Shown piece after piece: positions 24,136-36,799 of a DNA stretch of 64,000 bases (its first letter is position 1; the number at the start of each line of letters is the position of its first letter). The stretch is from contig JBHGNT010000005.1 of assembly GCA_043228905.1 (NCBI GenBank), positions 19,530,001-19,594,000 of the forward strand. The letters are read 5' to 3'. The stretch is from Azolla caroliniana. Its lineage: Eukaryota > Plantae > Polypodiophyta. Both the position numbers and the translations under genes were made by a program. A model generated the notes under the pieces. That model ran no database searches and was not told the DNA's origin. It was given only the letters and a program-made list of their open reading frames with translations.

Positions 24136-24879
24136 GGCCCCCTCCCTCCTAAACGCTTTTGATGGACCTGATGATTCACTGATGATTGATTGATTGATTG
24201 GTTTATGGATTGATTTATGGATTTATGGATTTATGGATTGATTGATTTATGGATTGATGGATATATGTGGTCTCCGAGGTTAAGGGATGAATATAATTAT
24301 GGTGATTCTTCAAGAGCTTGATCGGGGATCCATGGCAGAAGAAGCAGTAGCAGGGGGCTGCGGTATGATACTGGATAGCTTCACAAAAACAAAAGACAAA
24401 AAAAAAAAAAACAGGAGCTCTGATATCTGATCGGAGCAGAAGCAGAACTCAAAACAAAACAAAAAAAAGGCTTTTATTTTGTGTGTGTGTGTGGGGGGGG
24501 GGGGCAGAAGAAGAAGAAGAAGAAGAAGAATTGGGGCAGTTTTCTGTTCTTTTCTTTCTTCTTCTTTTCAAGAACAAAAAAAAGAAGAAGAAATATATGT
24601 GTGTGGGGGAAGGGGGGGGCCAAGTTTCGGGCGGGACGGGATTTTCTTACGGCCGGCCGGCCGGCCAGAGTAGAATGAGGCTTCCGGGTTTTTCCGGCCA
24701 CGAGAGACTAGAGAGACAAGGAGGGGGGAGGGGGGGGGGGGGGGGCTCCGGACAAAAAAGATGAGAGACTGAAACACGCGCACACATGCAGGGAGGGAGA
24801 GAGAGAGAGAGAGATGAATGAAGGAATCGGCAAAATTCACGACCAAACCCGATTGGAGCTTTCCAATGCAGGTGGCAAA

Positions 24880-25095
24880 TTGTATTGTATCGTATCGTAT
24901 CGTATTGTATTGTACCGTATCGTATTGTGTATTGTATTGTATTGTATCGTATCGTATCATATTGTGTATTGTATTGGGTATTGTATTATATTGTATTGTG
25001 TATTGTGTATTGCGTATTGTGTATATTGTTGTATTGTGTGTTGTGTATATTGTTGTATTGTATTGTATGGTATTGTGTTGTGTATTTGTATTGTG
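24880..25095. repeat. (GTATT/GTATC)n pentanucleotide microsatellite
   Basis: Directly visible in the sequence. Confidence 0.9.
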
Positions 25096-25269
25096 ATGTA
25101 AATAGATAGATGGATGGATAGATGTGTGTGTTATGTTAGGTAGTTGTTGCCCAAGGTAAAAAAAGACTCAAAAAGATTGATAGAAAGAAAGGTAGAGTAT
25201 ATATGACAAGAAGAGAGCACAAGTGGTCCAAAGAGAGAAGAACAATACCATTACATAGAAAGACCCACA

Positions 25270-25292
25270 CTCACTCACTCTCTCTCTCGCTT

Positions 25293-25371
<79 letters not shown>

Positions 25372-25959
25372 AAGTTTATACATATATGTGTGTGCCTATA
25401 TATCTACACATGTGTGTGTGTGTATATATGTATATGTAAACAAAGATGACAAGAGAGAGGATAAGGTTACTCTTAAGGCAATTTTAATCCCACTTGCCAC
25501 CATAACGTCCTCGTCCAAGCGCCGATTAATAACACACAAGAAACAAACGAGCTCCTTCGAGTTAATAATAATATCGGCGGTTTTTGCTTTCATTCAACTG
25601 AGATATAGAAAACAATTCTCTTTGTGTGTTGTGTGTGTGTATGAGAGAGAGAGAGATAGAAAGAAAGAGAAACATGCAGTTTATACATAATAATTGAATT
25701 ATAAGAGCTCTCTCTCTCTCTCTCTCTATGTATTTATATGTTTCTATAAATCTCTTTGAGCCACTCATATTTATGTATATATATAGAGTGAGATCTCCCC
25801 CTCCACATGTATCCATGAAGCCTTTTTCTCAACAAAGCTTAAAACTAATGCCTCTCCCCTCCCCCCACCCACCCATGTGCCTCACACACAAATAATGGAG
25901 AAAGAGAGAGATATGATCTATGAGTGAGTGAGTGAGTGAGTGAGTGAGTGAGTGAGTGA

Positions 25960-26000
<41 letters not shown>
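25270..26000. repeat. Cluster of compound microsatellites: (CT)n(CTAT)n, (GAGT)n(GT)n(GA)n
   Basis: Directly visible at 25270-25370, 25630-25730 and 25920-26000. Confidence 0.9.
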
Positions 26001-28826
26001 GATCTCTTCCCCCTCTCACTCATGCCCTATTTAAAGGCTTACACTTTGTTAGTCGATATTATCACGCTTTTGTTGAATAAGGAGAGAGATAGAGAGTACT
26101 CCTTTTCGTGACACTAATTTCTAGGTGATGCCTCCATGCATATACGAAACAAGTTCATTCCGAATCTATCTTGGCTTTTTGCCCCTATTTGTATCTCGAA
26201 AATGAATGAATGGGTTGCAGAGATATTCTTATGCCAATCTTCTCAAAGGTGGCACAATAGTAGCATATATAGATGGTGTGGAAATGCCCATGGTTTGAGG
26301 GCCAAGTCCTTACCTAAAGACATCTTGTTGTGTTTTTAGGTTACTATAAGAGTTTACACAAACAAATAAAAAAAGAGATCATGCTTGAGGTCATCTAAGG
26401 GCCGTTGCAAGGGTGTTATACGAGTTCACACGAATCAATATTAGATCCATATGAGAAGACATTAAGTTGGCTGATTTCTTAATTTCATGAAAATCTAAGG
26501 TTTTCCAAGTAATTTGTTATTCTTTACAATATAATTGGATGGCCAAAATCATGAAAGAAAATAAAACCAAACTTTAATAACGGGCGAGGTTGCACAGACC
26601 TAGAGGGATACTTCTATAGGCATTTAGCAACCTTGCCTTCAAGGAAGGCAATGTCAATCAAAGTAAAACGAGCACTAACTATTAACTTTTGCAAGTGTGT
26701 GTATGAGAGAGAGAGAGAGAGAGGAATTATGGAAGGCCTTGTGCATATTAGAATGCTCATACCTAAGCTTGGGGAATGAGATCACTTCTCTACACTTAGG
26801 GTTTAATCTTATAGTTCTTAAACCTTGTAGACAATTCAGACACCAATTTATCTATTACCAATTTCAAGTGTGACTAGAGACCTAGGTCCTACTTCACAAT
26901 TGATAGAAATATTCATATGGTCATTAAAAGAGATACATATACATTGACTTCCTCGTTCACTTGTTAAGAGACTGAGAGAAGAAGAGAGGAACTCACACTT
27001 CTTTACACCGACCTATTTAGAGATTAAGGGAGAAAGGGGCGCGCATATCTCAATATCTACTAAGAGATTGGATAGAGAAGGACCCAATTCACTATGGAGG
27101 AAAAAAAAAACACATAAAGGAGAAAAGGGATAGAATTGTACATGCATCCATAGAATGTATGTAAGACCAAAAGTTGATACACCGAATTATTACAATCCAC
27201 TTCGGGGACGTTCACGTAAGCATGTGTGAACATGAAGTTTTATGTTCTACCCATTGAAAGAGAACAAGGGAGAAATGTGAATGGCATAAATGTGGTATGC
27301 TTCATGAGGCTAAAAGTACATATATTGTCTCACAAATGTAAGATACAAGGACTACTCCAATTCTAACTTTTTAACTAAGGTGTAACAAAGTTCATACAAA
27401 GTGAAACAACCTTATCATTCCATGCCCAATAACACACATCCAAGGCAAGAAAACCTAGGGTATTGTACTTATAACAACTTATCCATGTATGCATAAAATG
27501 GTTCTATGAGAACTTCTATCCATAAAATAAAGTCCACACATACTACAAACAACCTACCATTATGTGCACCCTTAAAAAACATATGAGAAACACCTAGGCT
27601 ATTGTACTTATACCAACTTATCCATACATGCATAAGGTGAATAGATAGGCTTTTGACCCACTCAAATTTCATGAGGTTAGCCTAGAAAAGGTTATGAAGA
27701 TTATTGGTTAGTGTGCGTCTTGTTTCTACATGGCACATGATAATTTGTGTTTCCTTGCAGACACTTTTGTCGTGGATACTTCGACATTTGCCCTTAGTTT
27801 TAGAGCTATTCACCGTGCACAAAGAAAAAATGTATATGACACGTCCGATTAGATTTATACGTGTGCAACATATTTGTACATGTTTTCCTTTGTGCTTTCT
27901 TACACCATAAGAGAATATCTTACCCTTACTACTTGATGTTTCCTAATAAGAGGAGAGTGTGGTTAATTTATGCATAGGAGTTCAACATCATATAAAGTAT
28001 GCGTGAATCTCATTGCTTGTGATGTGCATTGTGTGTGACTCGCCAAGATGGTGATGTAACAGCAAAAGATTAAATCAAGAACATATTTCTTCAACATAGT
28101 TGAAAGTTAGAAGTATCAAATGCACCTCTTGCTAGGGGTCAAAATGGTTGATTTCATACATCATATTCACATATGAAGACCTCCATGTGCGTTAGAATTG
28201 ACGTTCTACAAAACTTTCATTAAAATGTTCATAGATAGAGAAGTGTCTATAATGTGTAATAGTAATGCATACGTATGAATCATGTTTTACACACAAATCT
28301 CAAGATGCTTGCATAATAGATAGAGTGATAGATCGTGCAGCACAACAAAGTTTACTTTATATTTTATTTTAAGCACAAACATTAGTACGATGTCAATGAG
28401 AGGGAGATATAAGAAAAGAAAAGAACTTCACAGTTGAAAATGGGAAAGTGCATAAGACACATAGGTGATACTATTCCGAGAAAGTGCCTTGGGAGAATGA
28501 CATGTTTGAAAGCCAAATATACTACTACACTTAACAATCTCAAGCAATCAGAGAACATTTCCCAGTTTTTACTTTCTCTTTCTCACGAGAAATACAATAC
28601 AATAACCATTTGTGACAAGTAGTACAAGCACACCAAACTGTCTTGCATGGTAAAACTAATTTGATGCTAAAATGTGACCATTTGTGAGCATTAGGGAAAA
28701 GTATGGAAACCAAGACCATCACATCCTAATGAGACCATGATCTCTCTGCATCACAAGTCGCTATTCTCAAGTTTAGACGATTTATTTAATCATCACGCGT
28801 TTTTCAATATTCTCAACCTTAGTAAA

Positions 28827-29115
28827 AAGCCCTCACTTTTTTGGGAATAACTTTTCTATAAATAAAAAATCTCGATTGTTTAGGAATCTCTGAACTTCTC
28901 TACCTTGACAAAACAATACAATTGTGAGGGCAAGAAGTATTGATATGCGGTCATTAAGCTACTTCAATCTATGATAAGCCCTCACTTTTTTGAGAATAAC
29001 TTTTGAATAAATAAATTGTCTCGACTTATTAGGAACCTCTCAACCTTAAGAAAACAATACAATGGTGAGGGCAAGAAGTATTCCTATGGAGGCATTAAGC
29101 TACTTCAATCTACGA
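28827..29115. repeat. About 149-bp tandem duplication
   Basis: AAGCCCTCACTTTTTTG...GTGAGGGCAAGAAGTATT...CATTAAGCTACTTCAATCTA occurs twice in tandem. Confidence 0.85.
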
Positions 29116-30223
29116 TTTAATGAATAGAATACATTGCATTTATAATAAAATAGTGCACATTCGAACTACAAGAAGTTTGGTGGATGTTACTTCAATGTAT
29201 GGTTTTTTGGGTGGTGGAAATATGAGCTACAAGTTTGATAGGTGTTAACTTCAATATGTCTTATTTATTAGCGAAAACAAGTTTGATGTTACTTCAATGT
29301 ATGTTTTAATGAATACAAGGCGAAACAAATGCTAAGAAAGGGGACAAAAGCTCATAAATGATAAAGATATAGGGGAGAAGGATAGAGTAAAAACAAATGA
29401 AGACATTATGTTCTAAAGCACAATGTGAAAGCATTGATTTTGTACCTTTGTATGAATGTGTATGCATATTTATAAACTTCAGATGTGGGTTCAAGTTCTA
29501 CTCCAATGGGTCTCGTGTTTGCGAAGGTGTGAATTGGATTCGCCTTCTTGATCTTAAATCACATACACCATATAGTTTTTTTCACCAAGAGAATGAAACT
29601 ACAGAACACCCTAAAAACTCACCAAGAAAACAATTCCACAACGTAATGGTTCTATCATTTGAGTAAAGCATAGATGGAAGCTATAATTATTATAACAATT
29701 GTTATAACACCAATTCATATCAAGGAGTTTTATATGTTGATGGCAACCTAAGACACATATATGCATGCACGCGCGCACATGCCACAAACACAAACAAACA
29801 AACAATTCATGTGTGAGAGGGACCAGGGTTTAGGCTTTAGCATCTATTGCCTCAACATCATCCCATGGAGAGATAAAGAGCTAGTTTTTGGGAGATGCTG
29901 CAAATTGGCAAATCAATAAACCTCACAAATGGTGAGCATGTTTGATCACTCCACTTTTAATCTATCAAACACAAAAGCAACCATCCCACTCTAATAATTT
30001 TGTCAAGCATTGATCTATTATCTTATTTTACATGATGGATGCAAGGACAACCTCCTCATAAATGGTCATTTTAGGAGAATTGTCACATAGGACCTATGCA
30101 TAAGGCAATTGTAATATATATTGGTGAAAGAGAGATTAATCTCCAAAGATGCTCTCAAGGCACCATATCAAAAGCATTCTTGAAGTCTACAAAGCAACAA
30201 TATAATCCTTACCTTTCGAATGA

Positions 30224-31079
30224 CTTTCCTCCATTACCACTTGAAGAATGACAAGGTGATAGATGACGTTATGTTATGTTTTAATTTTGGTTACCCTTTC
30301 AATGAGTTCTTACTCTAAGGAGCCAAAGCTTGACTACTTTAGGTTTTGGGATACAACTGCAATATGTGAAATGGGTTATTTTCAATACCACAAAAGGATA
30401 ACTTGGTTATTTTTGCAACTCAATTGTATGGGTACCTTATCCGTCTAGGAGCTCCTTAATGTCTAAGTAGTCTCAGAAGGTTTACATTGCCATAACATCC
30501 TCATTACTAAAAATGGGGAAACATGTTTTTTATTTATTTCATGTTGTTTTAATATGTACACTACTTTGAGAGAGAGAGAGAGATGGAAGAATATCTAGTT
30601 TTTAATGTTTGCATGAGACCAACAAATACCTTTCCTCCATTAGCTCTTGAAGAATGATAAGGTTATCAATGGTGCTATGATTTGTTTTAATTGAAATTTA
30701 TTTGGTTATTCTTTCAATGAGTTTTTGCTTTAAGGAGCCAAAGCTTTACTACTTTAGGTTTTTGGACATGTGCTACAGTTGCGGTATGTGAAATGGGTTA
30801 TTTTCAATACAACAAAAGGTACATATGCCAAAAAGTTAACTTGGTTGTTGCTACTCAATTTTGTATGGGCACCTTATCCTTGTAGGAGCTCCTTAATGTC
30901 AAGCAATCTAAAAACGCCTTAGAGGGTTTACTTTCCCATAAGATCCTCATCACGACAAAAGGGGAACATGTTTTTTATTTATTTCATGTTGTTTTAATAT
31001 AAGCACTACTTTGTGAGTGAGTGAGCAAGTGTGTGAGAGAGAGGGAGAGGAAGAGATGGATGGATATCTAAGTTTTAAC
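30224..31079. repeat. About 400-450-bp diverged tandem duplication
   Basis: 30224-30605 and 30630-31079 share CTTTCCTCCATTA..., GGAGCCAAAGCTT, GTGAAATGGGTTATTTTCAATAC and AACATGTTTTTTATTTATTTCATGTTGTTTTAATAT, and each ends after a GA tract. Confidence 0.88.
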
Positions 31080-31404
31080 ATTTGGAGGACACTAATTGCA
31101 ATTTTTACGATATTTGGGACTGCAACACAATTGGAATATGCATAATACTTTCATGCTTGATTGTAAACATGGGATAAAAGCTTATATTAAGAAATTGATA
31201 GGCATGCTTATGTGGATTTTTTGGATATTAGAGCACACGGGGATCATTTCCACAAGCGCATATTCAGGTTTTCTAATGGCTTTATAGGATTTCCCTCTCA
31301 CTAGGTAGGTAGGTTAGGTAGGTAGAGGAGATTAAGAAGTTGTAACAAGTGAATTTTATATAAAATTAATATAATTGTGTGCTTTTACCAGAGAGAGAGA
31401 GAGA

Positions 31405-31810
31405 TAGTTGGTAAGGTTGCCCAATGGAGACCAAGTGGTCATGGGTTCAACTGCCTGCATTCCACAATGGCGTCTAGTGAAATAAGAGATATCTATGGAG
31501 TAATAAAGAGGTGAGAAAATTGGGTTTTGAACCCAAGATTTAGTGTTGCTAGTGTAAAAAACTTACCACTGAGGTAAGCTAATTACGATAGAGAGTGATA
31601 GAGAGAGAAGGGAGAGGGAGGGGATATAACACTTAGATAGGATGTAGCTTAGTTGGTAAGGTTGCCCAATGGAGACTAAAAGGTCATGGGTTCAACGCTT
31701 ACATTCCATAATGGCATCTAGTAAACGTTTAGAAGATATGTAGGGAAGTGAATAATTTGGGTCTCAAACCCAAGATGTCAAGCTAGTAGTTGTACTAGAG
31801 CTAATTAGAA
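31405..31810 (+). mobile_element. Two copies of a tRNA-derived (SINE-like) element with an inverted second tRNA-like head
   Basis: A-box TAGCTTAGTTGG and B-box GGGTTCAA on the + strand; the reverse strand carries TACCTCAGTGGTAAG...GGGTTCAAAACCC. The copies are flanked by GA tracts. Confidence 0.7.
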
Positions 31811-33538
31811 TAATGAGAGAGAGAGAGAGTGTGTGTGTGTGTGTGTAACAAGGGGGTACAACCATTTTGGCCCATTAGGACTGTAATAAAAGTATAGAAA
31901 TATTGTATGTGTCTCCTTCCCAAGCATGTGGATTGCTACTTTATAATAAATAACTTTATGAAAAGTAATGCATGCATACATGTGCTCAAAAGTCTAGGGA
32001 ATACCTTGTGTATAGCATGTAAGTTATATGTCCACTTAACAAGTCTTCATAATTCCGTGAATCTAATTATTTGCTAAGCATATGAGATCTAAGAGAGATT
32101 TATCCTCAACTAAGTCTTTATTGCATACTTGCAAATTACTATACTTGTTTTCTAATGACATGACACTACCTCTTGCCTTGTGAATTTTCCATGGATCATG
32201 TGAGGATTTCTCCGTGACATGATTGCTTTGGCATTTTGGCCTAGTATTTGAAAGGTGCATGTGTATGTGTGCGCACACTTGTGAGAGAGGTTACAAGGGA
32301 TGCACAAGTCTTTCTAAAGATCATGGGTACTTTGTGAATGTAGCGAAAACAAGTTTATTGTGGTAAAAAAAAAGTACACAGGACCAAACCTCTTCAATGT
32401 TGTTGATAGTTCAAATACCTTGATGTAAATGTTGGCATCAAACCATATTTGGTATAAATATGTGGATTATTGTTTGAAATCAATATGTCAAGGTATGTCA
32501 TGAAGTTGTAAAATATCACATGGAATGACCTACTAATTGTTGGAAAGTAAAAATCATGTGCTACACAAACTCTATTTCATGGTTATGTGGAGGACGTGTT
32601 CCATGAAAATAAGGACCATCATTTGGGGATTAAAAGCACAAAACCATACCATGCTTCTCAACATAAGGTGAAGGAAATTAGGGGTAGCCACTAGCTACTT
32701 TAGAAAGGGCTTATAAGTATGTGAATAAAGTTGATGGCAAGTCCAATGCTTTGTTTGCCATTAAGGAAGGAAAGAGAAGGAACATCAAGCCACACACAAT
32801 TATAAATGTGTTGGTAGCATACAATCCCTTGAAATGCAAGATGGATTTAACGAATTGCATTGGAAATATTACCAAAAGAATGAAGTTGTAAGTATTGGAT
32901 CTTAGTAGTTTTAGTATTATCGAGGTCATATATGTCAAGAACACATTGACACATCCATGCAATTGAAATATACCCATATGTCAATGAGTGTATTGAATGA
33001 GCTAGAAGCACCATAGCTCTTATTCCTAACAACTAATAAAGAGTACGACACATTCTGATATGAAGATGGCAAGTACATGAAAATATAAGTATCCTCTAGT
33101 TATGATCTCAAATTGAATATAAATCACATAGAGGCCTAAGTAGAGTACACTTTTCCTAATCAACCTATGATGTGAAATTATGCATGACATCAAGCAAAGA
33201 ATTCCAATGCACCTACCTTGCACAAAAAACTCTTCTAGATGAACACATCCATATTTGCCCCTTAAGTCACATAAATATCCTCAACATAGAAGCTACCTAC
33301 AGAAAAATGCATGAATCGCATGCATTCTACCAGTGTAATGTTTTTTTTTGTGTTACATAAATGGTTTAAGTACTAATGAAGATAATACATAAGTAGTCTC
33401 ATTTTCTTGATCTTGATCTGAGGGAGATTCCCCGTTTTGTGTATAAGCTTCCTTGTATAGTCTCCTTGTAATAATCCTTCCTAACTAATGGGAAAGTAGC
33501 TTTATTTTGGAATAAAAAAATAAAAAAATACACAATGT

Positions 33539-33540
<2 letters not shown>

Positions 33541-33588
<48 letters not shown>
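33541..33588. repeat. (CT)n microsatellite
   Basis: Directly visible in the sequence. Confidence 0.95.
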
Positions 33589-33592
<4 letters not shown>

Positions 33593-35340
33593 AGGTGATT
33601 TGCACCTATTTTGTTGGCATTCCATCTTTTCCTTTTTATCCAGCACATTTAGTTTTGTTTTTTTTATTTGCTTCAAGATTTCTAACACAATCTGTGTTTT
33701 AATTGCAACAAAACATAATTTATAGAAGAGTCAAAAGATCAATTTGATTATGATCACTACTATGACGTCAAGAGCACATGGAAATCACTATAAGGAAAAT
33801 GTGACGTTTCCATGGTCAAGACGTAAATGTCAAGAGAAGAAAGACAATGAGCAGCATCAAATTGATGTGGAGGAAGACCTTGAAAAGGACAGGGATCGTG
33901 TATGGTTTTTGCCTTGTCTTACATTGCAACTAGTCTTTTCCCTCTTTTCTCTACAAAAAAATGAGCTCTTATGTACATGTTTCAATGTTAGGTATGTCTT
34001 TGTCTATTTTCTCGTCCACCCACTCACAACTCACTAGCATTTGAGGAATATAGAATAATATATTTCAAAGTCATGCCTTGAGACAAGAACCAACTGTTAG
34101 TCTAGCATTAGAGCACGATGATTGAACAAATAAAAGGTATGCCATGAAATAACACCTTCAACCCATTAGAACATGACAAGTGAACAAGCAGGTACATATG
34201 ATGATACATGACTCTATGCAACTTGATGATGCCTATCAATTTGAGTGAGTTCATGTGGACATACTATAGGTTGCCTTGTAATGCTATAACTAGATCTACA
34301 TTTATTCTCTTTGGACCAACTTGTCCATTTCAATCTTGGTGACACAATAAAATTTGCACTTGCGCCCCACATGGGTCATGATATGGGACGGTGCAAAGTC
34401 AAAAAAAGAATAACTAATCATGTGATATAGATGAAACATAAATATTACCAAACGTAAACTTTTGGGAAATTTACACAAATTCTAGGAATAAATGTGGGTC
34501 TTAGAAGATGAAAACGAAAGGAAGACACACACATATACCACTTTTTGGGATTTTAGTTTTTGATTGATTCTAAAGTGTTAATGTTGCATGGGATGTTGAC
34601 TAACTTTGTTGTGGTCAAATTGCAAATCCTCTATTGTGCAATTATTTGTACACACACATATCGCTGACATGGAAGCTTGATGTAACTATGAAACTATAAC
34701 ATTAAAAACAAACACAATCAGATGCACCTTTTACAAAATAACAGTTATTGTATATTATTATATGTGTCATAATTAAACATATACAATGTGATTGATACAC
34801 TTTTCAATCTTAGTTAGATATTTCTTATTATTATTATTTATTTCAGTGAACCACAAGTCTACAAACTTTTGTGACATTATGGATATATTCATATTAAGAA
34901 AAATAAGGCAACAATATTCAAGTCATGTTGGTATATCAACCATTCAAAAAAGTGTAATTAATCACAATTTGGAATGTAATCTCTTTATTTTGGTATCATG
35001 GCTTCACATAAGCTTGAGCAAATTATATCTTGAGAAGGAAGATCCATTGCACATTTTGGACATTTCCTAATTGATTGTGCAAAGTTAGAAATGAGTATTA
35101 TGCATATGAGATGACAATTGTCGTTGATTGAGTTGAGGAAAATGATTGTATGAGAAATAGACACAGAAGCAATATATAGATATTGAACCCAAGTTGCCAA
35201 ACTATGAATTTGGCTATGTATATTGTGAAGTAATTAAGATCTTTCCTAGGCTAAATGGAATTTTGGTGAGCTTGTATAAAACTTTAATTTGACATAACTA
35301 TTTGCGTGAAATACATACACACACACACACACACACAGAG

Positions 35341-35478
35341 CCCAGATGGATGTAGCTTAGTTGGTAAGGTTGCCCAATGGAGACCAGGTGGTCATGGGTT
35401 CAATGAGAGAGAGAGAGCCCAGATGGATGTAGCTCAGTTGGTAAGGTTGCCCAATGGAGACCAGGTGGTCATGGGTTC

Positions 35479-35537
<59 letters not shown>

Positions 35538-35660
35538 ATATGGATTCAGTTGGTAAGGTTGCCCAATGGAGACCAGGTGGTCATGGATTCAACCCTTACG
35601 TTCCATAGTGGCATCTAGTGTAGTGTTAACAACTTACCACTAGGGTAAGATAATTACGAA
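35341..35660 (+). mobile_element. Three tandem tRNA-derived heads of the same family separated by (GA)n tracts
   Basis: GGATGTAGCT(T/C)AGTTGGTAAGGTTGCCCAATGGAGACCAGGTGGTCATGG(G/A)TTCAA occurs three times (third copy with a small 5' deletion). Confidence 0.8.
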
Positions 35661-36799
35661 AGAGAGAGAGAGAGAGAGAGATTATAGATAGATAGATTAT
35701 GTTATCGTCTTCAGGGGTCAAATATGACCTATGAGACCAAAAATATTACATTTCACGTGATATGTGTGAAAGCGAGTAGAGACTCTCGATGTTCATGAAC
35801 TTTTCCAATGAATTTTGCAATCGAGAGTGCACATTGTGGTTTTGAGAGAAATTCGTGCAAGAATTGGGCTTGGTCGAAGAGATGTGGAAAGCATGGTCGA
35901 ATATGATCAAAGGGCAGAGCATTGTATCAAAGTGTGATACTCAGACTCTCGAACTTGTTTAGGGCAAAGTGTGCATAGCCGGCCACTCTCATCACTTGTG
36001 CCCCAACGCCCCGTCTCACATCACAATGCACGTGAGCTAAGTCGCATGGAAGCAATGGTTTGAATGGTAGATAACGAGATGTGCTCTAACATGTATCGAT
36101 GTGTACGATTTCCCTGTTCCGCGAAGAATATGATTTTGTAATTAGGTGTAACATGTGTAGTATAATGTGTGAAGTGTGAGCCTCCACATTTGTCCCATGT
36201 CATGATACATTGGAATTGCAAAAAGGCATAGTTTACTGAGGAATCTAGTGATGCATCATGAAGCAAGTGTCTTGCATCCCATCTACCAAACCATTTTTCT
36301 ATATCTTGCATCCAACCGGAACACAATCATTATTATTTTGTCTACGAGACCACCATGTCCATCATATAATCATACATCACATTCAACATTGTAAAATAGT
36401 TCATATAGTGAGTCCTCTAATCCATCCTTAAATAGAGAAGGGAAGAGAGGGGGAACATGAACAAGTAGAGCATGGATGTCATTTATCCATTGTGATGAAG
36501 AAGGCTAACATTTGCTTAGCATATGCATGTGGTTGGCCACACAATGGGAGAGTGGGGATATTCTCACATGGGTTTATGACTGTTTGGTTATTTTCGGACC
36601 ATAAAAAGTGTCATACAATTGTATATTTAGCAATCCACGAGATGATTGCCCATACCATTTTATATGTCGTAATCCACAATGCTCCTTATTTTTTTGTGAT
36701 GGTTAGAAGTCACACTAAGTAGACTTTTGGTCACAAAGGGAGAATGGTTGGTTAAACCCATGGGAACCATGATATTATTAATTCAATGCGGACATAATG

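Noticed and set aside
24474-25109. ORFs rich in Cys/Ile/Val/Tyr or Lys/Arg/Glu runs
   Set aside because: They are translations of microsatellites and low-complexity DNA.
25204-25222. TGACAAGAAGAGAGCAC resembling miR156/miR535
   Set aside because: It has indels relative to the mature miRNAs, and no complementary star arm is seen nearby.
35341-35595. Functional tRNA genes or a CRISPR-like array
   Set aside because: There is no proper acceptor or anticodon stem, and the spacers are plain (GA)n.
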